Of a stretch of DNA of 28,348 nt, positions 7,484 through 14,445 are shown in pieces. Source of the DNA: Myxococcota bacterium (GTDB taxonomy: Bacteria; Myxococcota; JACRCW01); NCBI GenBank assembly GCA_040752415.1, contig JBFMGU010000138.1, positions 1 through 28,348 on the forward strand, read 5' to 3'. Position 1 is the stretch's first letter. The number at the start of each line of letters is the position of its first letter. The notes beneath the pieces are model-generated. The model was not told the origin of the DNA. It worked only from the letters and a program-made list of their open reading frames with translations, and did not search any database. Made by a program: the position numbers and the translations under genes.

Positions 7484-10285
7484 GTGAAAATGCGATCCTT
7501 GGCCCTGTTGTCCACGGGCATGTTGGCCATCTCGTGTGGTGGGCTTGCGGGCCCCTCTTGCGGGGGATGCGCGCCGGCCAACTACGTCTACCCCAGCAAG
7601 AACATGCAGGGCACCGAGGTGGTTGACGACGGCGTGCGGGCCCGCATCACCGAGCGCGGACTGGACTTCATTGCGGCGCACTTCAAGGACATCCTGCGCG
7701 AGCAGTTCCCGCCCGACCCCAACGGCGACCCCAACATCGCGCGCTTCCCGCTCCCCACCCAGCAGTTTACCGACTTCGACACCAGCTTTGGCGACCTCAC
7801 CATCTGCCTGATGGGCAACAGCCAGGACGGCGCGTGTCCCAACCCCGGTAACGTCCAGAGCGCGGTGACGTTGGACCTCAACCAGCTCGAGGACAAGATC
7901 ACCGTCGACTTCATCGACGGCACGCCCGGCGGCATCCGCGTGGTGGCGCGGGACCTGCTGCTCGGTCTGGACGGCCGCATCAACACCACGGTCCGTCCCT
8001 TCGACCTGTTCGACACCGACGCCGAGTGCGACCTGCACGGTGAGACGGTTCTGCCGGGCAGCTTCCCGCCGTTCACCGTCGGCAGCATCGACATCACTGC
8101 GGAGATCTACCCGTCGGTGAGCACGGACCCGGCGGTGTGCCTGACTGGCGCGGCGCAGTGCTTCGTGGCGCGAGTGCAGGTCACGGACGCCGCCATCAAC
8201 GGCGTGGGTCTCGGCGTCAGCACGCCGCCCATGTGCAACACCGGCGACCCGCGCTGCTCGGAGGCGTGCTCGGACACGTTCGGGTTCAGCTGCAGCACCA
8301 ACGCGTGCTTTGACTTTGGCGACCAGCCCTTCTGCCCGGACCCCACCGGTGACTGCGAGTGTCGCAGCTTCTTCTGCCCGGTGTACGGCTTTGGCGCCAC
8401 CATCCTGGGCCAGATTGCGGACTTCCTGTTCACGGTGCTGGAGCCCGTCCTGGACAACCTGTTCACCGCCGCGCTCAACTCGGCGCTGGACCAGTTCAAC
8501 GGGCAGCCGCTCTCCTTCACTGGCCAGGTCGACGTCGCTGCATTTGCCGGCGGGCTGGTGCCCGGGCTCTCCGGTGCCAACCCGCTGGGCTTCACCATGG
8601 CGCCCACCAACAACGCCTTCAGCGTGACGTGTCCGCCGGGCACCAATGATTGCGCGGAGCGCAAGGGCATGGACCTGCACCTGCACAGCGGCTTCGAGGC
8701 GGTGCATGACCCGCAGAATGAGCGGCCTTCTCCGTCGGACTGCGTGCCGCTCGTCGACGGAGCCAAGTTCGTCCAGCTCTACCAGGACGTGGCCTTCCAG
8801 GCCGCCGACGGACTCCCGCTCAATGGCGAGTTCCTGGATTCCAGCAACAACGCGCGCATCTATGACCTCGGTGCGTCGGTGGCGCGCGCCACGCTGAACC
8901 AGATGGGCTACGCGGTGCACAACGCGGGCGTGCTGTGTCTCTCACTGGATTCCTACGCGCTGCACGGCATCAGCGGCGGCTCGTTCTCGTTGACGGCGGG
9001 GGCGCTGGACCTGCTCACCGGCGGTCGACTGGCCAAGTACACGGACCCCAAGTCGCCCGTGCTGCTGGCGCTGGCTCCCGCGGAGCCCATTGTCTTCACG
9101 TTCGGCGCGGGCACCACCGACGACCCGCACCTCCAGATCTCCATGAAGGAGATGCACGTCAGCATCTACGTGATGATGTACGAGCGTCACGCGCGCGTCT
9201 TCGAGGTGACCACGGACGTGTTCGCGGGATTGAACGTGAACGTGGACCCGGTGACGCATGAGCTGACCATCGCGGTGGCGTCGGGACCGGAGATCGACAA
9301 CTTCCAGCAGGTCTACAACGAGCTCCTCCCCGACGTGGACTGGAGTGACCTGCTCCCCAGCCTCATCAACGTGGCGCTGGGCGCCATCCTCAACCAGGAA
9401 ATCAGCTTCAACTACGACATCTCCCCGCTGCTCTCCGACGCCATGGGCGGTGTCCCGGTGTACCTGGTGTTCGAGGCGCTGCAGACGGAGGCGGTGAACG
9501 GGCAGCGGGAGTTCCTGAACCTGTACCTCTCGCTCTCGGAGACCGACCCGAACCCGCTGACCATCCCCGTGCAGCCGCGCCTGCAGCCGTCCTCCGACGT
9601 GCAGACCTGGTACCGCGACCTGGACGGCGTCCCGCGCGCAAGCGGCATGGCGCGCCTGATTGGGCCCTTGGAGGCGCCGCTGCCGACGGAGATTCGCTAC
9701 TCGTACAAGGTGGACTTCGGGCCGTGGCATGACTGGGTGGCGCCGGCGGCGGATGGTCACCTCTACGTGGAGGACAGCAAGCTGGGCCTGGTGGGTGAGC
9801 ACACGGTGTACGTGCGCGCGATGAAGGCGGGGCACTGGGGCTCGCTCAGCGAGGAGCCCGAGGTGGTGAAGGTGTGGACCGACCCGGCGCCGCCGCGTGT
9901 GTGGCTGAACCGTGCGGAAGGTCGCGTGGCGGTGCGCGCCGAGGACCGCGTGGCGCGTCCCGAGCAGCTTCAGATGCGTTGGCGCGTGGACGGCGGGGAG
10001 TGGAAGAGCTGGTCGGAGGTGCAGGACATCGACGAGGACGAGCTCGAGGGCGCCTACGTGCTGGAAGTGCAGGCGCGCGACCCGGCGGGCAACGTGAGCG
10101 AGGCGGAGGTGTTGGGCCTGCGGTCAAGTGAGCGTCCGGTGACGTCCGGAGATGCGCCTGCGGCCGAGTCCACTTCCCAGCAGTCCGACGGTTGCGTCTG
10201 CGCGCAGCCGAGTGAGCGGAATGGCCTCGGCGCCGCGATGGTGCTGGCGGGGCTGGTGCTGGTGCGCGTGCGTCGTCGTCGTTGA
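7484..10285 (+). CDS. Large surface protein: lipoprotein-type signal, BPI/LBP (TULIP)-like tandem domains with a Cys-rich insert, C-terminal beta-sandwich region and MYXO-CTERM-like sorting tail (~933 aa)
   Basis: N-terminus MKMRSLALLSTGMLAIS-C. GVRARITERGLDF and LGASVARATLNQMGYAVHNAGVLCLSL resemble BPI N- and C-barrel signatures. C-terminus SDGCVC...GAAMVLAGLVLVRVRRRR. GGAGG at 7474-7478; start GTG 7484 or ATG 7490. The CDS itself is well supported; the fold call is inference. Confidence 0.75.
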   Translation: MKMRSLALLSTGMLAISCGGLAGPSCGGCAPANYVYPSKNMQGTEVVDDGVRARITERGLDFIAAHFKDILREQFPPDPNGDPNIARFPLPTQQFTDFDTSFGDLTICLMGNSQDGACPNPGNVQSAVTLDLNQLEDKITVDFIDGTPGGIRVVARDLLLGLDGRINTTVRPFDLFDTDAECDLHGETVLPGSFPPFTVGSIDITAEIYPSVSTDPAVCLTGAAQCFVARVQVTDAAINGVGLGVSTPPMCNTGDPRCSEACSDTFGFSCSTNACFDFGDQPFCPDPTGDCECRSFFCPVYGFGATILGQIADFLFTVLEPVLDNLFTAALNSALDQFNGQPLSFTGQVDVAAFAGGLVPGLSGANPLGFTMAPTNNAFSVTCPPGTNDCAERKGMDLHLHSGFEAVHDPQNERPSPSDCVPLVDGAKFVQLYQDVAFQAADGLPLNGEFLDSSNNARIYDLGASVARATLNQMGYAVHNAGVLCLSLDSYALHGISGGSFSLTAGALDLLTGGRLAKYTDPKSPVLLALAPAEPIVFTFGAGTTDDPHLQISMKEMHVSIYVMMYERHARVFEVTTDVFAGLNVNVDPVTHELTIAVASGPEIDNFQQVYNELLPDVDWSDLLPSLINVALGAILNQEISFNYDISPLLSDAMGGVPVYLVFEALQTEAVNGQREFLNLYLSLSETDPNPLTIPVQPRLQPSSDVQTWYRDLDGVPRASGMARLIGPLEAPLPTEIRYSYKVDFGPWHDWVAPAADGHLYVEDSKLGLVGEHTVYVRAMKAGHWGSLSEEPEVVKVWTDPAPPRVWLNRAEGRVAVRAEDRVARPEQLQMRWRVDGGEWKSWSEVQDIDEDELEGAYVLEVQARDPAGNVSEAEVLGLRSSERPVTSGDAPAAESTSQQSDGCVCAQPSERNGLGAAMVLAGLVLVRVRRRR

Positions 10286-10617
10286 GCGGCGGTGTCGGGT
10301 TGGGGTGGTGGCGAGTTGGCCCCCCCACCCGGCCGCCTCACGATTCCACCGATTTCACGACGAGGGCGGCCGACCTCCCCCACGGCGTGGGGAGGCGTAG
10401 ATGTGCCGCGCCCGGTGACTTCAGTGCGCCCAACGCGGCACAAGGCCTCATTGCGCCCGTGCCGCCCACTGGCGCAATGAACCACGCGAGGCGGCACATC
10501 TACGCCTCCCCACACCGTGGGGGAGGTCGGCCGCCGTCGTCGTGAAATCGGCGAAATCGTGAGGCGGCCGGGTGGGGGGGCCAATTCGCCACCAACCCAA
10601 CCCGACACCGCAGCTCA
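10283..10617. repeat. Long inverted repeat: two ~159-bp units (10283-10441 and 10459-10617) head to head; REP/BIME/MITE-like
   Basis: 10283-10409 matches the reverse complement of 10491-10617 at 120 of 127 positions by manual alignment. Each unit ends in GTAGATGTGCCGCS-N23-SGCGGCAC. Confidence 0.9.
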
Positions 10618-12114
10618 GAACGTGACAGCCAGCTGCAACATCCCGTTCACCACCTGGCTCTCGGTCACCTTCACCCGACGTCCCGGCGCATCGAGCACCG
10701 GGTTGTAATACGGGTTCCGCTCGCTCTTGCTGATGCCATTTCCGTCGGTGTCATACCCAGCCACTTCACCGGTGATGAGGTGCGGCGTCTCATGGCCCAC
10801 CTCCACGTTCGCCTTCAGCATCACGAACGGCACCGCCAGCACCACGCCCACGTTGCCGAAGATCTCGACGTAGCTGTCCACCATGGTCCACTTGTTGAGC
10901 GCGTCGCTCATCTCGGACGGCCCACGGTGCTTGGCGATGTAGTTGAGCCGCCCGCCCAGGATGAGCCGCAGGTTCACCAGCTCATTGATCTCCCCCAGCG
11001 AGTACAGCGGCACCACCTCGACGCCGCCCATGACACCCGCGCGGTTGCTCCAGAACGCGAAGTCGCGCCAGTCGCGCTCCGGCGCCAGGTCACCGCGGTA
11101 CTGCGGGATGCCCAGCGTGTAGTGCGCGCCAAAGTACGGGTCGAACAGCTTGAGCTGCTTGCTCATGGCAAACGCGGCCGTGAGGCGGTGCAGCCCGCTG
11201 CCGGTACCACCCGGGTCAAAGTTCTCGGTGGTGCCGCCCAGCTTCTCGCGGCTCGTCGGGGACTCCATCCAGCCCACGGGAATCTGGTACTTGAACTCCA
11301 TGCGCATGGACGGCATGGCCGGGTCGCGCTTGTCGTTGAAGCGGCCGATGCTGAAGGGGCTGAACGCAAATCCCAGCTCCGCGTCGCCAATGCCCTTGGG
11401 GAAGAACTGGAAGCCGTTCACCACGCGGTAGCTGGCTGCGCCGCGGACGGACTGGAACGCCGGCGTGATTCCCGTGGCCCCGGGGTTGATGTCCCAGTTG
11501 GTATCCCGACCGTTCTGCTCGCCTGGGATGGGTTTCCCGTCGGAGTCCGTCTCGTACTCGTGGTTGACGGGCCAGCTGCCGCCCGTGCCCGCCAGCGTGT
11601 TGCGGTGCTCACCCTCTTCCCATTCCGCCGCGCACGCTTCGGGGCGTTGGTAGCCGGGCCCCTCGTCATGGCCGTAGAGGCACATGTCCCGCACGAAGGT
11701 GCTGTACCCCTCCTTGCTGGTGCTCTGCTCCCCGGAGAGGTCATTGCGACGCTGGTACCAGCCCAGGCGGTGATCCAGCGCCGTGTAGGGCAGGGCCATG
11801 AAGATCTCGATGTCCTGGAACAGGCCCACGCGCAGTCGCGGCACCACGGTGTGGCTGTGCTCCACGTACATGAACTCGGAGACGTCCACGGCGCGGGAGA
11901 CGGTCTGGTTCCCCTCGCGCACCTGGCGCACGTCCTCCCGCGTGATCTTGGCGCGCTTGGCGTGGCCCTGGTAGCTCAGCTCGATGTTCGCATCGAACAG
12001 GTCGTCGCCGTCGATGGCGTCCAAGACGTCGGTGGCCTCGGCGGCGCCGGCCTGACGGGCGGTCAGCAGGGCCAACAGCGCCAGTCCCAGCGTTCCCAGC
12101 CTCCGCGAGTGCAT
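10615..12114 (-). CDS. Predicted outer-membrane beta-barrel protein of unknown function (499 aa)
   Basis: Signal peptide MHSRRLGTLGLALLALLTARQAGA-AE (GGAGG upstream of ATG 12114). Alternating amphipathic strands (VVPRLRVGLF, DAELGFAFSP, YFGAHYTLG, EIFGNVGVVL). C-terminal Phe beta-signal GMLQLAVTF. Confidence 0.75.
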   Translation of the reverse strand: MHSRRLGTLGLALLALLTARQAGAAEATDVLDAIDGDDLFDANIELSYQGHAKRAKITREDVRQVREGNQTVSRAVDVSEFMYVEHSHTVVPRLRVGLFQDIEIFMALPYTALDHRLGWYQRRNDLSGEQSTSKEGYSTFVRDMCLYGHDEGPGYQRPEACAAEWEEGEHRNTLAGTGGSWPVNHEYETDSDGKPIPGEQNGRDTNWDINPGATGITPAFQSVRGAASYRVVNGFQFFPKGIGDAELGFAFSPFSIGRFNDKRDPAMPSMRMEFKYQIPVGWMESPTSREKLGGTTENFDPGGTGSGLHRLTAAFAMSKQLKLFDPYFGAHYTLGIPQYRGDLAPERDWRDFAFWSNRAGVMGGVEVVPLYSLGEINELVNLRLILGGRLNYIAKHRGPSEMSDALNKWTMVDSYVEIFGNVGVVLAVPFVMLKANVEVGHETPHLITGEVAGYDTDGNGISKSERNPYYNPVLDAPGRRVKVTESQVVNGMLQLAVTF

Positions 12115-12134
12115 GCTGCCTCCTGGCGGCACCG

Positions 12135-12151
12135 TTGCATGAGCGGCGCCT
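12135..12151 (-). promoter_or_regulatory. Candidate sigma54 -24/-12 promoter AGGCGCCGCTCATGCAA
   Basis: GG-N10-GC spacing followed by A, just upstream of the beta-barrel RBS. Only a partial match to TGGCACG-N4-TTGC. Confidence 0.25.
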
Positions 12152-12219
12152 CAAGCCAGGGGCACGCTAGTGGAGCGGGCGAGCCGACGGCAACTTGACG
12201 TCGGGCGTGGCCGGACGCC

Positions 12220-12783
12220 TCAGGCGCGCTCCAACACGCCAATGTAGGGAAGGTTGCGGTACTTGCCGGCGTGGTCCAGCCCAAACCCGATCACGAAGCG
12301 GTTGGGGATGGTGAAGCCCACGTAGTCCACCTGCACCGGCTTCTTGCGGTTGCTGGGCTTGTCCAGGAGCGTGGCAATCTTGAGGCTGCGCGGCCGACGG
12401 CTCTTCAGGTTCTCCACCAGGTAGCTGAGCGTGAGCCCGGTGTCGACGATGTCCTCGACGACGAGCACGTCCTTCCCCGCGATGGGGATGGAGAGGTCCT
12501 GGGTGACCTTCACCTCGCCGCTGCTGACCACCGCGTCGCCGTAGCTGCTGACGCCCAGGAACTCGATGCTGTGCGGCACGTTGATGTTGCGGCACAGGTC
12601 CGCGCAGAAGATGAACGAGCCCTTGAGCACGCACACCAGGACCAGCTCGCCGTTGGCGAAGTCCTCACTGATCTCCGCGCCCATCTCCCGGATGCGCCGC
12701 TCCAGCTCCTGCGGGCTCAGCATGATGCTGATTTCCGGGTTGGCCGTCTTCTTCCGTTCCTTTTCCGCCGTCGCGCTCTTCAC
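12220..12783 (-). CDS. hpt: Hypoxanthine phosphoribosyltransferase (187 aa)
   Basis: VLKGSFIF, VSSYG, PRPP loop VEDIVDTGLT, LLDKP, FVIGFGLD..YRNLPYIG. Confidence 0.97.
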   Translation of the reverse strand: MKSATAEKERKKTANPEISIMLSPQELERRIREMGAEISEDFANGELVLVCVLKGSFIFCADLCRNINVPHSIEFLGVSSYGDAVVSSGEVKVTQDLSIPIAGKDVLVVEDIVDTGLTLSYLVENLKSRRPRSLKIATLLDKPSNRKKPVQVDYVGFTIPNRFVIGFGLDHAGKYRNLPYIGVLERA

Positions 12784-12793
12784 GTGACACTCC

Positions 12794-13657
12794 TCAGACG
12801 TACGCGTTGTTCATGATTTCGCCAAACCCACCGCCGCCCGGGACGATGTACTGCACCTCGGTCAGGCCGCTCTCCTCGTCCCAGCGCAGGCCCGGCTCGC
12901 ACTCCAGCACGTCGGGGGCGGAGGCGCCGCGGTCCAGGCGCACCGCGTAGACCACCACGTCCGGGTGGTCCTTCTTCATGCGACGCAGATACTCCGGCGT
13001 CACAATCAGGTTCACGCAGATGTACCGCTTGGCCGGGCCGGGAACGTCCTTCTTGTAGACGCTGATGGCATGGCTGAGGGAGCCGCCGGTGGCGCCCATG
13101 GGGTCGGGGAAGAGCACCATGGCGCCCTCCACGCTCCCGCCGATCTTGGAGCCGTTGATGGACGTGCCCACCACGCGCCCCGCCGCGTCGACCTCACGCG
13201 CCATGATGAAGTGGTCCTGGCGCACGCCTACCGGGTGCAGCGTCTTGTTGAGGAAGTCGTAGCAGACCTGGGAAGGCAGGGTGCCGGCGCGGGCAATGTT
13301 CACCGTCACCGCCTTCGTGGTGGCGTCGATCACCTCGCCCTGCCAGATGCCCAGCGGCGTGTGGTCCGCCATGCGCGTCTCCACGCGCGCGTTGCAGCGG
13401 GGGAACTCCGCGTTGAGGACGGCCTTCACCAGGTGCCGGTAGAGGTCCTTCACCAGCGAGTTGATGGCCGGTTGCTCGGTGCCCTTGGCGCACAGGCGGG
13501 CCAGGTGGCTGAGCAGGAAGGGGTCCGCCAGGATGTGGAAGTTCTCGCCGTAGTGGTGGCGCAGCTCCGGCTCCCGACCCTGCAGGTGGATGTAGGCGAT
13601 GTCCCGGGTGGCCTTGACGTCGGACGCCGTGGTTCCGGCCAGCTTCTTGGTGCTCAC
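12794..13657 (-). CDS. upp: Uracil phosphoribosyltransferase-like protein, divergent type (287 aa)
   Basis: NIARAG (cf. ILRAG), PRPP loop DPMGATGGS, C-terminal YIVPGGGGFGE (cf. YIVPGLGDAGD). GTG start overlaps the tdk stop (GTGA). Confidence 0.8.
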   Translation of the reverse strand: MSTKKLAGTTASDVKATRDIAYIHLQGREPELRHHYGENFHILADPFLLSHLARLCAKGTEQPAINSLVKDLYRHLVKAVLNAEFPRCNARVETRMADHTPLGIWQGEVIDATTKAVTVNIARAGTLPSQVCYDFLNKTLHPVGVRQDHFIMAREVDAAGRVVGTSINGSKIGGSVEGAMVLFPDPMGATGGSLSHAISVYKKDVPGPAKRYICVNLIVTPEYLRRMKKDHPDVVVYAVRLDRGASAPDVLECEPGLRWDEESGLTEVQYIVPGGGGFGEIMNNAYV

Positions 13658-14241
13658 AGCCGCATCTCCTCCTGCTTGGGCGCAACCTCGGGGATGAAGC
13701 AACGCCGGCAGCGCGCTTCATAACTGTCATGGGCCCCCACCAGCACGCGATCTCCATCCGAAACCAGGCGCTGGCTGCGCCCCGCGGGATTGCCGCACTT
13801 CATGCAGATGGCCAGCGTCTTGGTGAGGTACTCCGCAATGGCCAGCAGCTGCGGCATGGGCTCGAACGGTCGACCCAGGTAGTCCTGGTCCAGCCCGGCC
13901 ACGATCACGCGCTTGCCTGCGGTGGCCAGGTCATCCACCACCTGCACAATCCCGGCGTCAAAGAACTGCACCTCGTCAATGCCCACCACCTCCGCCTCGG
14001 CGGGGACGCGCGCGCGCAGGTCCGCGCTGCTCTCCACGGCGCGGCTGTTGTGGCGCTGGGAGCCGTGACTGACGATGTCGTGGACGTCGTAGCGGTTGTC
14101 TCGTGAGGGCTTGAAGCTGACCACGCGCCGGCGCGCCAGCTCCGCACGACGCAAACGGCGGATCAGCTCCTCCGTCTTGCCGCTGAACATGGGACCGCAA
14201 ATCACCTCGATCCAGCCGGTTCCCACGGGTTCGGCGTTCAT
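13654..14241 (-). CDS. tdk: Thymidine kinase (195 aa)
   Basis: GPMFSGKTEELIRR, IDEVQFF, AGLDQDYLGRPF, Zn ligands CMKC and YEARCRRC. Confidence 0.97.
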   Translation of the reverse strand: MNAEPVGTGWIEVICGPMFSGKTEELIRRLRRAELARRRVVSFKPSRDNRYDVHDIVSHGSQRHNSRAVESSADLRARVPAEAEVVGIDEVQFFDAGIVQVVDDLATAGKRVIVAGLDQDYLGRPFEPMPQLLAIAEYLTKTLAICMKCGNPAGRSQRLVSDGDRVLVGAHDSYEARCRRCFIPEVAPKQEEMRL

Positions 14242-14291
14242 CCGCACCTGCCTCACGCGCCGATCACCGATCACCTTGCAGCGCGCGCGGC

Positions 14292-14320
14292 AGTCTCCAG
14301 ATGCGCACGCGGTGCGTCAA
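14292..14320 (-). promoter_or_regulatory. Candidate sigma70 promoter for tdk-upp-hpt (TTGACG-N17-GAGACT)
   Basis: -35 at 14320-14315 and -10 at 14297-14292 with a 17-bp spacer. A divergent TTGCCA-N18-TACTCG lies at 14358-14387 on the plus strand. Confidence 0.35.
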
Positions 14321-14445
14321 GCCGCTTTCAATCGGATCTGGCGCGGGTGGGAGGCGTTTGCCACCTGCATTTTCCCTCTGCTACTCGGCGCTGCCTTTCG
14401 CCGGGCGCCTGCGGATGCGCGGGGCCCCTGACCTTGGAGGATTGC

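Noticed and set aside
10283..10617. Interpretation as a CRISPR array, tRNA or autonomous IS
   Set aside because: Two inverted units rather than direct repeats with spacers; no cloverleaf, cas gene or transposase; no target-site duplication recognised.
10054..10708. Short ORFs with near-identical translations on both strands (MSGWxGGELAPPPGRLTI...)
   Set aside because: By-product of the long inverted repeat; no RBS or coding bias.
14275..14445. Possible riboswitch or ncRNA upstream of the salvage operon
   Set aside because: No recognisable aptamer consensus; the region is adequately explained by divergent promoters.
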